64,000 bases of DNA from Rozella allomycis CSF55 (GCA_000442015.1 KE560959.1:62001-126000); one strand, 5' to 3'. Counted from the stretch's first letter, positions 36,265 through 49,900 are shown. The notes: a model not told the origin generated them from the sequence alone. Numbers and translations: made by a program.

Positions 36265-36750
36265 ATGGCATTGAAGTCTTTTACTCTTGAACAAGTCAAG
36301 GATCATAATAAGGATAATGATATTTGGTTGGTGATACATGGTGGAGTGTATGATATTTCTAAATTTTTACATGAACACCCAGGTGGCGACGAAGTTCTTC
36401 GTGAGCAAGCAGGTATATAAAATCGCTGGTATTTATGTAGGAATTGATGCTACAGCTGCATTTGAAGACATTGGGCATTCTGATGAAGCCAGAGAATTGC
36501 TTAAGGATTATCTTGTAGGGAAACTAGAGGTAATTGGCACTTTATTGGTACATAGGGTTCAAACTTTGAACAAGAACAAGTTTTAATGAAAAAGGAAGAG
36601 CCTACTCAGCCTAGTAAAACAAACAATGATGCGACCAAGACGGGGTATAAAAATTGTATTATTTGTTAATAATTAAGATTCGTTCCATTTTTATTTGCAG
36701 TTGGTGTTGCAATAATAGCAGTTATTTATAATTCGTATTTGAGACAATAA
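36265..36750 (+). CDS. CYB5: Cytochrome b5 with C-terminal anchor
   Basis: WLVIHGGVYDI, EHPGGDEVL, DATAAFEDIGHS, hydrophobic tail. Confidence 0.93.
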
Positions 36751-36925
36751 ATCTACATCAAAACTCTCACTCTCTTATTTTTTCCTAAATCCACTAATAA
36801 TAATAACTAATAAGAATGCATAAAATTTGATTGGTGTATTATTTTAGAATCTATTTCTATTTTGGACACTGGACCCCTGCGTTATTCGATGAACTTGCTG
36901 CGCCTCTCTCGTTTTTTTCATTTTT

Positions 36926-38246
36926 ATGATGGCACAAAAGTACGAAATAATCTTTTTTAATAATTTTTAGTTCTGGAGAACAATTTAACGATATTTCTAG
37001 CAACGAAATAGAGGTAACAGTCCAAATTTTTGTGGAAATATAGACCAACTGGGAAGAAAGTGTTGATAACTTTGACAACATGAACCTTAAGAAGGAACTT
37101 TTGCGTGGTATTTATGGATATGGGTAACGTGAGTAGAAGTAAAATATATAGGTTTGAAAGACCTTCTGCTATTCAACAACGTGCTATTGTCCCAATTATT
37201 CGTGGACACGATGTTATTGCACAAGCTCAATCCGGAACTGGTAAAACTGCTACCTTTTCTATTTCCATTTTGGAAAGAATTGATGTTTCCATTAAGCAAT
37301 GCCAAGCTCTATTGTTGGCACCAACTAGAGAATTGGCGCAACAAATTGAAAAAGTGTTAGCGTCTCTTGGAAGCTATTTGGACGTTGAAAGTCATGCATG
37401 TATTGGAGGTACTTCTGCAAGAGATGATATGAAGCGCTTGGAAGCTGGAGTTCATGTTGTTGTTGGAACTCCTGGACGTGTTTTTGATATGATTAACCGT
37501 GGAGCATTGAGAACTGATTATTTGAAGATGTTTGTTCTTGATGAAGCTGATGAGATGTTGTCAAAGGGATTTACTGAACAAATTTACGAAATCTTTCAAC
37601 GCCTTCCTGAATCTGTCCAAGTTGTTTTATTGTCCGCTACGATGCCAACTGATGTTTTGGAAGTTACCAAGCAATTTATGCGTGATCCAATCCGTATTTT
37701 AGTTAAGAAGGATGAATTGACTTTGGAAGGTATTAAGCAATTCTACATTGACGTTGAAAGAGAAGAACACAAGCTTCCAACCTTGACTGATCTTTATGGA
37801 ACTATTTCAGTTACCCAAGCTGTTATCTTCTGCAACACACGCAAGAATGTCGATTACTTGACTGATAGACTTAAGGCTCAAAACTACACAGTTTCTTCAA
37901 TCGTAAATAATTTTATTGAGGTTTAATTAAGCATGCTGATATGGATCAGAACAGCCGTGATACTATTATGCAAGAATTTAAGTCTGGACAATCTCGTATT
38001 TTGATTTCTACTGATTTATTGGCTCGTGGTATTGACGTTCAACAAGTTTCTTTGGTTATTAACTATGATATTCCAAGTTCCAAAGAAAACTATATTCATC
38101 GTATCGGTCGTGGTGGTCGTTTCGGTCGTAAAGGTGTTGCAATCAACTTTGTCACTACTGACTCTGCTCCTCAACTCAAAGAAATCGAAAAATTCTATAG
38201 CACTCAAATCGAAGAAATGCCAATGGACATTGCCAGCTACCTTTAA
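36926..38246 (+). CDS. TIF1: Translation initiation factor eIF4A
   Basis: [53 protein letters not shown]. Confidence 0.97.
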
Positions 38247-38296
38247 ACAATAAATTCGATTAACTCATTGACTATTTATTGACTTAAATTCAAGTT

Positions 38297-40436
38297 TTAT
38301 CCATTTAAATATTTATTTAATTCGTTTTCAGAATCTATTCAATTTTGTATTTTTAATAAAACAGAACCTCTTGATATTTGCACTGATCCAGGAGAATCTT
38401 CGTTCGAAAATTTGACCTTTAAATCCTTAAGAGTTTCGTCCAAGGAAAGTTTTTTAATTTCATCAATATAATCCTTGTAAATTGATTCTATGCTCTTTAA
38501 AATTTCTCCAGTTGAAACCATCCCCAAAGTCTCCTAAATGGTATCAAATTTAATCAAATTACTTTATCATTTATTAAATCAAAATAAGATGGTTCAAGTT
38601 TCAATAAATGTTTGAAACTAACCTTCAAGGACAAAGAAATCTGCCGAGAATTTGTTTTTGGTAAAATATCTTTATAGTAGCATAAAATCTAAGTTTCTAA
38701 ATGTAATTGAAAATACCAAAAGATTCAACTTTGCCACGAAATGAAGACATTCAAACAATTTTTTATCTTTAGAGTTTTCGTGGCAAATGATTAATATTTT
38801 CCCTGTTAAATGCAAAAGCAATCTATTTTCACAGCGCAAATATAGATTACTTGTTGGCATGGGGCAGAAGATATTGAGGGTAAAGTGAAAAGTCCATTGA
38901 CAAGCACAAAACATCAATTTGTATTTTAATAAGGAATTTATCAGCCCACATTTGTAGGCAATTATTCAAATAACTTGATTTTGACAAAAATTTTATTCTA
39001 GAGTCTATAATTGTTGCCTTTTTATCATTTAACAAAAGCAATGTTACATAGTCCAGTAGAGATTTTGAGGCTTTAAATAGTTTCCGAAGATTACGATGTC
39101 TTCTTCCTTTATTCACAAAAAAGGTTAAAATATATGAATCCAAAACCTTTTAACATTTAATATCTTTAATACTTGAGCGGCTTTTGTTATAAAGTCATCT
39201 GCAAGTGAATCATTAGATGCTTTGGCATATTCAATATGTGGGTCATTAAGTAACATAGAACGAATATCTATTTTCTTTTGATATAGTATCTATTTTATTT
39301 TATTTCAATTCTCAGTACATGTATTATAGATTTGAATACAATGTTGTGTTGTTGCTTGGCCATTTCTTCCATAAATTCTAACAGAGTTTCAAGATCACAA
39401 AAATCAGATTCACAAAATGATTTAACAAGCGTAAAAAATAAATGATAACTATTCAATGTCTTTATATCGAACTAAATATCTGTAATTACATTTTCAGTTG
39501 ATTCAATATCAATTGATCTATATGGAAAATCCCTACAAAATTTCTTTGGGTATTCTAAATCAAAAAAATCGGCGCTCGACTGCAAATCAGCTATTTTTCT
39601 ACTTAAATCAAGTAGTACTTGAACTTTGTCTTAAAATCTCTAGGCAAGCTAAACAATCATCAGACGACATAATAATTTCATCAAAAGATTTAGATAAAAT
39701 TATGTTTCTATAAAATATTAACAAATTCTTTTAATGTTTAAATAGTCATTGTACTCTTCTAAATATCAAAAGCGGGGAACCAATTTCCGATACGTTTCTT
39801 GTGTTTTCAATAAGTTTAATGCAACCTTCAATGTCTTTAGCATTATAAAACTCAAAGCCAAAACGATCTTCAGCAAAATCTTCATTCTACTAATTCTTAT
39901 CATACACCATTACATATCTTATTCTCGCAAAATTTAGAATATCCACTATCGCATAAGAAGCACAAAACATTGATGTGATATATGCGTTAAAACATTGATT
40001 TAATATGTCCAAAGGATAGTACATGCAAAAACAGGTGAGATATGTTTGCGCCCAAGAATACCCTTTCAACCAGGTCATCTTTCAAAATTATTCTTCAAAT
40101 TTACCTCAATGTTAACCAGTTTTTGGAAAATACTGCACAACAATGAATCATCTATCGAAAGATAACCTTGGCTTAATTCTTTCACAAATTTTTGATGCTT
40201 CTCCAATGCCTTTCTATATCCAGGAGTCATCAAACCACTATCCATCTTTGGATGCCCTATCAATATTTTCCAACTTTATTTATTCCTACTTCTATGGCTG
40301 CTATTGTATCGTACAAAGTAACATAGGGAACCATCAAAATTTCGCCATGCTTAAGCACTATATTTTCAACAAAGATATACATACTAGAAATTTTCTCGTG
40401 GAAATCTCTTGTTCTATCTTGAAACTCTCCAGCCAT
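38297..40436 (-). CDS. MAK10: NatC auxiliary subunit Naa35/Mak10
   Basis: Spliced N-terminus GEILMVPYVTLYDTIAAIEV-GHPKMDSG, then MTWLKGYSWAQTYLTCFCM; 3' exons approximate. Confidence 0.8.
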
Positions 40437-40501
40437 GACCCTGCCACATTATACAGCATTCCACAAGTATAGCCAAGACGCCATGGTTACCCATTTTTTC
40501 A

Positions 40502-40873
40502 ATGGATACAGATCAACCAAATCTTTACGATAGCGCTGGTCACAATTTGGAAATAGACAAGGTTGTCGAGATATTGTACGAATTGATTCTAGCTGACGAA
40601 AACTTAAAAGACACTTTCAAAGATATTAACATTGACAGGCAAAGGAGAATGATGTCGAAATTTATTTCTAATTGCGTCGGCGGGAAAAAATATAATCAAA
40701 AGTACATGAGAAACAGTCATTCTAAATTGAATCTAACTGAAAAACATTTTGAAACGGTCATGGATCATTTAATCACAGCAATGCAGCGGGTTGGCGTTTC
40801 GTCAGCATTGGTAAGCCAAGTAATTAATGTCGCGGAACAATGTAAAGATGATATATTGTGCAAAACTAAATAA
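40502..40873 (+). CDS. Group I truncated (2/2) hemoglobin
   Basis: LYD...VVEILYELILAD..L...F..I.IDRQ...GG..Y...MRNSH..L.LTEKHF; intronless. Confidence 0.9.
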   Translation: MDTDQPNLYDSAGHNLEIDKVVEILYELILADENLKDTFKDINIDRQRRMMSKFISNCVGGKKYNQKYMRNSHSKLNLTEKHFETVMDHLITAMQRVGVSSALVSQVINVAEQCKDDILCKTK

Positions 40874-40928
40874 AGGGTGTCGATTGAAAATTTTTATAAC
40901 GACTTGTGGTGGCTGGCTTGGAATTTTA

Positions 40929-41645
40929 ATGCTGCCTCTTAAATACCCATCTAATCCCAATGTCTTCAACTCGTTCATATTATTAAGACATTATAGCTTG
41001 AATAAGCTGAGAGCATCATGCAAACCAAATGAATATAATGGGAAAACACCCACTTTAAATAGATTTACTTTAAACAAGCTGAATTCCTCAAGTTCATTTG
41101 ATAATAATTATGGAAATAACACCCGCATAAATCAAGGAGAGACAATTGACAAATTGTTGCTCGAAGTTCCACGCTATCTTGCATCGCCATTGAATCAAAA
41201 GCTACACATAACATCCTCGTTGTATGATCAAGATGTTGTTTTTAATTACAAAGTATATGAAGATCAAGATACACCGGTTCTATGGGTGATGAGAGGAAGG
41301 TCCAACTTTATCAAATTAATAAAGTCTTGCCGGTACTTTTTATGGGTGTTTGCAAAATCATGTGAATGTGAAATAAAAAGGCAGAAAATGCAAGAGTCAA
41401 ACATATTAATGTTAAAATTTCATTACATATTCACGCCAAGGTTATTTTCTTCCAAGCAAATTCAATTTGATGGAATTTTGTATATAGAATTTGGAGATAA
41501 AGACGATGGACTGGTTAAATTTGTCAAATTGGAAAATGTAGAGCCTCCGATATCGAAATGGCTTCTTCAGTGGCACTCCACATGGCTTACGTTGAAACGG
41601 GAACCGTACCCAACACTAAATTGTAGCATGACAAGGAAAAACTGA
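40929..41645 (+). CDS. Hypothetical protein, possibly mitochondrial with NTF2-like fold
   Basis: Basic N-terminus; LYDQDVVF and FDGILYIEF motifs. Confidence 0.55.
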   Translation: MLPLKYPSNPNVFNSFILLRHYSLNKLRASCKPNEYNGKTPTLNRFTLNKLNSSSSFDNNYGNNTRINQGETIDKLLLEVPRYLASPLNQKLHITSSLYDQDVVFNYKVYEDQDTPVLWVMRGRSNFIKLIKSCRYFLWVFAKSCECEIKRQKMQESNILMLKFHYIFTPRLFSSKQIQFDGILYIEFGDKDDGLVKFVKLENVEPPISKWLLQWHSTWLTLKREPYPTLNCSMTRKN

Positions 41646-41702
41646 AGATCAAAATTTAAATTGGAAAAGATTTAGAATGATTTATTTAATAAAATGTCCA
41701 GT

Positions 41703-44700
41703 TTATTTATCAATCTCAATCATAGCAAAATATTTTTCAATGGCTTTCACTGACAATGCTATTTCGACACTCTTTTTGTTACCCAATGANTTTCGACACT
41801 CTTCTTGTTACCCAATGAGAAGCATATTTCAGATACTTTGCTACCTTCTAATAAAACACCACAGAGTTTATCGCCAAGTGTAGTATCTGTTGATCTGAGA
41901 TGCTCCAAATTTTCTGCGACCCATTTCTCATTTGCTTCCAATGGCACGTTGTGAAATTCAACTTTTAAATCGACTTTCACGAATAATTCTTTCAAGTATC
42001 CAATTGATGGGTATCCTTTAAATTACAGTTGAGATTATAAAATTACTTGGGATATACAATTCCGGATGTAGAAAAGATCTAAAGATTGGTTCAAAATGAG
42101 AAAGAACTATTTTCTTAACTTGATCCCAGCCAAAAGCAATAAAACACGCACCAATAAGTGCCTCGTAAGCGTCACAGTATATTTTGGGTGGAAGTGGAGG
42201 TTTGAACATGTTAATCCAAGCTTTGCTGATGGATTCAGAATCACAGTTAATTTCTGCCAAATATTTTGGCTTTTTACTTACTGCGAATTTATACTTAACA
42301 TTTAATTGACTTATAGAATCAAGATTATGAAATAAAAGTTGCGGTAAGCCCAATTCATACGAAAGTCTACCGATAACAATTTGATTAACAAAAGCAGATC
42401 TTAAAATTGATAAATTTCCAGGGCTAAGATTTGCTGAATGCTCATACAATTTTTCTGAAATAATTAAATCAACTACTGGATCGCCAAGAAATTCTAAACG
42501 TTCGTATGATCCTGTTTCAGTTACATTACTTGAATGACTAATAGCATTAAGAAAAAGATAAATAAACTCTTTTGGTATTGGTGGAAGTGATAAAACTCTT
42601 TGAAGGTGATTAATCCAATTTCGAAAATCTTCAACTACTTGGCTATTGTAAAAGCTAGAAATAGCACTAAAGGCATTCTTAAGATAGCCATCAACGCCGT
42701 TAGAATAAACCTTGTCAAACAAATCAATTTCATATATAAATTCCAGACTTTTATCAAGGCCGAATTTCAGGAAAGAGGAGCCAATGATTGATTCTATCAA
42801 GTCTGCCTGCCTCTTGTCCCTAACTTCAAACATTTCTGCTTTGCTTTTAGATAAACCGGGAGCAGCCCATTTTTTGTTATAAATAACTGATTCATTTATT
42901 AAAAACCATGATATGCTATTTTTCATTGAAACATTGCAAAGATTTCTGTTATTAATGATAAGATCACGAGAAACCGATAAAAATCCCTCAGGCTTGGTTG
43001 GATACTTTGATATAACATAAAAGGACGCCAAAAGTTTCAAGACAGAATCTCCTAGAAATTCTCTTCGTTCATAATTGGAAAATCTATCAATGCACCTGTC
43101 CGTTAAACTTTGTTTCAGGTCCAGAAAATCGGGAACATAATTTTTGAAGGGAAAAGCACTTACAGTAAGATTAGCGGATATTTCATCCAAAATCAATGGA
43201 ATTAATACAGCATACTTGATAAGACACTTTGAGATAGGATAGAAAGATAAGACGGAGAGGGCAGAGTAATTGTTACTATAAATTTTCTTTGCAAATGATT
43301 TGGAGTATTCAGAATTTGNATGATTTGGAGTGTTCAGAATTTGAAATGTCACAAACTTGCTTTACATTGTTTTTATCGTAGATTTTTATTGCCTTTACTT
43401 TGACCAGGGTATCATTTGGCGCCAAAGTTTTACCAAACCGGGATATCATTAGTTGATGAAATGTTTCTGCTTTTAAAATCTCTGCATCATGAGGTGGAAG
43501 TTTTTCTTCTAGAGTTATGGCAGATATCTCTGTAACATGAAAAAACCGACGATGACCACTAGTTACTTTACAATAAGCGACAGAGTCAACTTGAATACTT
43601 TTCTTTTCGTCTGAAACAAATGGTAAACATTGAATTGTGTCTATGATTAGTTTCCAATCTATATTGTTATTTTGATCAACTGGGACGATGGCAAATGAAA
43701 GAAAATCATGAATAATAGTGTCATCAAATGCTAAATCAACAACCGATAGAAAACATTGAGTGAAAATTTGGATTTGTAAAAGATGATCAAGATTTTCGAT
43801 TGATAAGCAAGATACATTGCTGGAATGGATATGAAACTCACTAGTAGGAATATTTATATTCTCTAGGGCTTCTTCAATGATTGATTTCATAGAAAGTGAC
43901 TCTCTTAATAGAATAGCTATAGATGGGGTATCACCTTTTTTAAATTCCAATGTACACATGATAAAATTCACTGGACATTTTTCGTCTACATTCAATTTTA
44001 AATATTGTTTAATTGCAACACCCGAGTAATTGTGGGGAAAAGATTCATTTAAAATTGTTCGTTTCATATTAAATTGGCTAGATTCGCTTAAAGGTTGTAA
44101 AGATTTTCTTTGCCTGAATAAATCATCAATGTCAGGAAGGAAATACTCATTTAGACTTGACTCTTCATATAAAGCTTTGCAAAGTTTGAAGCAAGAAAAC
44201 GATTTGGCCATCTTCTTTGATGAATAATTTTCATCGAAATTAATTTTTGATAAATCAATAATGCATTGCATGGGCATTTCAATAGAACAGCTAAAAGAAT
44301 TCTTAAAGTTAAAAACTGGTTTTAAAACCAAAGATCCGCTACTAGATAAAGTTTGGCAATACCTATTCAACAATGACACAGATGATCTAGGCGTTATAGA
44401 TGCCCCTGTTTTTTCAGACGAAAATTTTAATTTGTCTAATTCATCACTCTCAATGTAATCTTTAATCTCCAAATTTTGATGATTTCTATTTCTCACAATT
44501 TTCTCCATGTGAACTTCCTCTGCTTGAAACTTGTCAACCAACTTCACTTGCCGTGGATCATTCAGGTCATGAAGAATAATATATTTGCTATTTGATTTTC
44601 TAGCCCTTCCACGAGATTGCACAAATGAGATCATATTCTCAGGAATGTCAAACCTAATTACAACGTTGCACGCTGACACGTCTATCCCCTCTTCACAAAC

Positions 44701-45777
44701 ACTTGTAGCAATCAAAATATTCGCTTTATCATTTTTAAAGTCATTTATTGATTCCATAGAGTCAATATTAAATAACAATGATAATTGAGGCTTTGTCGAT
44801 CTCTTTCCGCCATTCAATCCAATAGCAACTCTGGGATTATTTATTTCATTCTCAAGGATCAACGAAAGTATGTAAGATAATACTATAGCGCTTATTCTTC
44901 TTTTCACAAAGATTATACATTTGATATTCTTATCATTTTGATATTCAGCTTCCAACAATGACTTTAATACAATTACTTTTTCTGACAACCACAACTTGTC
45001 GCTTTCAGAAATATCTCTTTGCCTTAAAATCCCTTTAGCATACAAGTGCTTGAGAATATATTTCACAGCCATATACCCAAATTCTTCATAAATGTAATTA
45101 ATCTCTGCATTGTAAGTACCAACAATACTCAATGTATCAACTTTTTCCTTGGTATACCCACAAGTCACAACTTCTGCTCTAGAAACGTATTCATAGATTT
45201 CATTCGGATCATCTGGCATTACAATCTTGGAGCCGAAAATAGATTCTAAACTTTCAATCGCAGATGCTTTTGATGGAGAAGCAGATAGTCCTAATATTCT
45301 ACAAGAAAGTATTGACATTCTCATTTCATTCATAATAAGTTTATATGGATGACCCTTAACTCCATGATGACATTCATCAAATACAACAGTTGAAATAGAA
45401 TTCTTGTCGATAAAAGCGTGTCTCAAACCATCAAGAAAAACTTGTGCAGTAATCACAATACAAGAATGTTCGTCCAACTCTTTTTTCCATGTTTCCATAG
45501 TCCAAAAATCCACATTTCTATCTCCATATATAAAGGATACTTTGCAAGGCATATTTGCAGACAAAATCTCGTATTGCTGGAATCCCAAAGCAACTGTTGG
45601 AACAAGGAAAAAGACATGCTTTGATGGATTCTTAAGAAAGAAATATTTCAGAACAAGTAAAGCAATCAACGTTTTGCCAGAACCAGTAGGAAGCCAAATT
45701 ATAGTATTTTGTGCAATGCACGTCCGAATAAGCTCTTTTTGGTAAGATCGCGTCTGGAGGTTGGCTTCAGAATTCAT
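41703..45777 (-). CDS. DCL: Dicer-like RNase III/helicase
   Basis: PTGSGKT, FDECHH, QSRGRAR, Dicer dsRNA-binding fold (SLLNRYC), two RNase III signatures ERREFLGDS and ERLEFLGDP; apparent breaks coincide with N joins. Confidence 0.95.
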
Positions 45778-46043
45778 AAAAGCCACTGGCCGAATCAATC
45801 GATAATCTGAAATCTGATTTAAGAATTTGTTTAAGATGGCAAAGAATATTTTGATGGAAAAGAATTTATTTTTTTGAATAGTCACGATAAATTTTCTCTT
45901 CTGAAGAGAACTTTCTATAAATAGACTTAAATCCAAAAATAGAATCCCTTAATTTATATTTAGAAAATGTTGCAAGAATACTCTACATCAATTTCTATTG
46001 GTGCAATCAAGTTATAAAAAGAATTTGCAACAACTCCTAATAC

Positions 46044-46826
46044 ATGAAACTTGCACTTGTCACACTAGCACTTGCCTTAACTTTTCTTCAAGCAGCCCCA
46101 ACTAAAGCACAAGACAATGACAACCAGTCCACAGTTTCTCAAACAGCTGGTAAATCCTATCCGACAAAAGCCGCCGAGTATGTAGCTCCAACTACAGGTA
46201 AAGCGGCTGATTCTGCCAATGAAGCAACACACGGGCAAGATACTTCCAATCAATATTCCACTGCCCCCGAAGATCAGTACAGTGAGGATAGTCATGCCGC
46301 GCAATACGATACCGCAAACGAAGCAGACTACAACGATCATGGGTCAGCGCAGTATCAAACAGGCTACGAACAAGGTGCCGCTCAATACACGTATGAGCCA
46401 ACTGGACAAGAATCAGCCCAATTCGAACATGAAAATGCCGCACAGTATAGTGGGCATGATCTTTACAACGATAATCAAGATGACGACGACGAAGACGATG
46501 AATATGGAGCATATCAATACAACCAACAAGCATACGGCAACCCCTATGCCGGTCAGTATTACTACCAATATCAAGGAGGTGCTGGTCCCAATGGTGGATA
46601 TGAATATGTTCAAACCAATAATCCATACGCCAACGTTCCACCAGGTGGGTACGCCCAAGGATATGAAAATGTTCCTCAAGGTGGATATGCTCAAAATGCA
46701 TATGCAGGAGCAAACGCTAACGCCAACGCATATGCTAACCCTGCGAATCNAAATGCATATGCAGAAGCAAACGCTAACGCCAACGCATATGCTAACCCTG
46801 TGAATCCCAACCACGTATTAGTTTAA
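46044..46826 (+). CDS. Secreted low-complexity Tyr/Gln/Ala/Asn/Gly-rich protein
   Basis: Signal peptide; AAQY, NVPxGGYAQ and ANANANAYANP repeats; upstream TATAAAA. Confidence 0.8.
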   Translation: MKLALVTLALALTFLQAAPTKAQDNDNQSTVSQTAGKSYPTKAAEYVAPTTGKAADSANEATHGQDTSNQYSTAPEDQYSEDSHAAQYDTANEADYNDHGSAQYQTGYEQGAAQYTYEPTGQESAQFEHENAAQYSGHDLYNDNQDDDDEDDEYGAYQYNQQAYGNPYAGQYYYQYQGGAGPNGGYEYVQTNNPYANVPPGGYAQGYENVPQGGYAQNAYAGANANANAYANPANXNAYAEANANANAYANPVNPNHVLV

Positions 46827-46952
46827 AATAAATATTGTTAATCAAAATAAGAAACAATAATACTTTTAATTTTTTTAAATTACATTAGTCATTAACCAAC
46901 TAGCGTGAATTATTTTTTTCATTTCCCGCCCTTTCCACATTTGACCCTAGTA

Positions 46953-49900
46953 ATGTCACATCATTGGATACATGAAAATCTACCTTTCGAGGTTCCAGTG
47001 CGTGATTCCGTTTATCCCTTGCTGCAACAAGCAATAAATATAAAAGACTATAAAAAGGCCTCTAGTCTGAATAAGCAATGTCTCCGGGATATGGAGTTGA
47101 AAAATCGAGTAGCGGATAGAAAAGAATTGATTGTCTTGCTTTGGAACCAACTTGATCAAACGACGTATGTACCATTTATAGAGTCTTCGATGCAACTATT
47201 GTGTAAACTGTTAAAGGATAAGAAGAATGAGTTGGGAGGAATAAAGTTGCGAGGAATGGTGATAAAGAATGTACTGGAGGAGTGGTATTTTGTAGCCAAG
47301 AGGAAGAAGATGTATGCTAGTAGGAAGAGGGTTGCCAACTATGTGAGTGATGTTGTTGGACTAGCGAGTGTGTTTTATGAGGAGAGTGGAGAGGAGATAA
47401 TGGAGTGTGTAGGAGGACAGATGAATGTTAGTAGATGGAGTATGATGACGCGTGGACAGATATTGTGGACGTATTTGGTTCCTGTGAAGAAGGTTGGAGG
47501 AGAAGAGTTGAAGATGGTTAGAGAGTGGTGGGAGCTTGTGCAGAATTCGATCCAGTGGGATATGATGTGGACATGGGGTGTGAGTAGAGTAGCTAAAGGG
47601 AATGAATTGATAGAGTGGGACAAGGGATGGTGGGAGTGGATGTTAATAGTTTGTATGAGGATGTTGCAATTGCAGAGTGAGATTGAGAATGAAGGAAAAA
47701 AGATTGAATATCCACCGGGATTTAATGCACTAAGAAGACACAATGTAATATGATTGGATTGTTTTAATGAGGATAGAATGATTTATATGGCAAAGTGGTG
47801 GATATATGCGATGAGAGAAGATGGGATGGGAATTGAGTATTTAGAAAGATTGATTAAGATGAGTGAAGATTATTTCCATCCTACCAATAATGGCAAATGG
47901 ACGATGTATTTAGTGTCTTTTGTATCTCATTTGGCGAAATATTTTGTGAAAAGAATGAAAGTTGATGAGTGGATGAATAAAATCAAGGATAAATTTGTAG
48001 ATATGTTGCGAGGGCCATTAATGATGGCGTTGTATGGAAAAGATTTGGGCAATGGGATGACGTCTAGTTCTGGATTGAAGATGTTGAGTTTTATTGACGC
48101 TGATAGTGTGTTACCAGAATTGATGGAGAATTTGATACCATCGATGGAGGGGTTGAATGAGTCGCATAGAACGAGTGCATCTATTGTGTGTTTGGGGAGT
48201 GTGATTAGACAGATAACTAAGTGGGACCAAGGAAGAGAATATTTAAAGAGTGTGATGGAATTGTTGTTGCCTGGGATAGATGCGAATGATCACTTGAAGA
48301 CAATAAATACATTGAACTTTTTTACGCAATTGTTTATGAATGTTGTGATAAAGAAGGAGAATGATTTCTTTTATGAGGATTGGAGTGTACAGTTTCTGGA
48401 TAGAATATTAATTTTGATTGAATATTTGCCAGAGAGTAATAAAAAGTATTCAATTGAATATACAATGATTAAAATGATATGGAATACAATTGATGTATTT
48501 TTTCAACAATTGGATGAAGAAATAAAAGATAATTTAATTAATAAATTGAGTGAATATAGTTTAAGTAGAATTAACATGAATTGTTTAAAAGCATTTTCTT
48601 ATCTCTGTGGATCTAGTAAGGGTAGCAATGGATCTAAAGCAATTAGAACATTTGTTCCTTTGTGTTTAAGAGAAATTGAAAGAGAATTGAATACAGAAAA
48701 TGAAAATAGATTGTTATGGTTTTTGAGTATTTTAAAGCAAGTTGTTTATCATTCTGGTGATTTGATTATTGAATATCTAAATGAGATTATTCCCTTGATT
48801 CAAAAAGTACTTAAAATGGATAATAAAAAAGTAATTAAATGTGCATCAAAGTTGATTGGAAATATATTGAATAGTCTGAGTAGTGTTTATCCATTAGAAT
48901 ACAAGAGTTACACTGACAATACTAAATCTGATGATTCATTTAAAATTGAAGTTGAAGAAGCATTAGTTAGCCCATCAAATCTTTGTATTAATTGGTATAA
49001 ACCAACTGAAAATGCAAAAAAGATTGTTTTAGAATTGATAGAAACATTTTTCATTCCAAATATGAATGAATTTACTTTGAATAATTTGATAATTTTAAAA
49101 TCAGTATTTAAAGGCATGAATTGTTTGTTGGTAGAAAAAGATAAAAAGAATCTATTTATAGATTGTGGCTATTGTTTCAATGAAAAAGATGTAGAATATA
49201 GTAGATGTAAAGAAATAATAGATCAATTTGGAGATTATTTAAATAAATTTTATGAAACAATTAGATCTGATAATGTTGAATTGTTTAAGCTATTAATTAA
49301 AACAAGTAGAATGATATTGTACAACAGGGGTATTGATTATGTAGATTATGAAATTTGGAAAAAGGGTTTCTTATTACAGAAAATGATTGGATCTGCAACT
49401 AGTGGTGACTATTCGCGTTGTTTGAGAATAAAAAAAGTTTGTTTGTTTCAATTAATGTGTTATAAAAAGAATTCATTCAATTTAGAATTAAAGAATTTTC
49501 ATAAACAATTATTATTCAATCTATTAAAAGCTAGTTGTAATGAATATTCTGAAATTAGAAAAGAAGCTCAAAAGGTTTTACAGTCTGCTTGTATTTGTAT
49601 CAACAATTATCAAAGAGATATTATAGAAACTATTATCAACACAATGACAATAAAAGATAGGGTTAATAGTCTACATAATAATAGAGATGCTATATTAGTT
49701 GACTCTACTGTATTTGAAGCTGGTGCTACTGTATTTGAAGCTGGTGTCTCTAGTGTACTTGACAGAAAAGACTCTACTGGAGTTGAAACTGGTGACTCTA
49801 TGGTAGTTGAAACTAGTGACTCTATGGTACTTCAAGCGAATGACTCTAACGTTAATACTTTACCTTTACAAACAACTACATCTGCTCTAAAAGGATGCCT

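Noticed and set aside
43270-43345. Apparent frameshift splitting Dicer (also at 41790)
   Set aside because: Each break sits on a single N flanked by a short near-duplicate, which indicates an assembly overlap rather than a pseudogene or recoding.
47740-47775. In-frame TGA in BLM10, and other in-frame stops such as 2788, suggesting readthrough or an alternative code
   Set aside because: Each stop lies within a 27-nt GT-AG micro-intron; the standard code explains all conserved genes.
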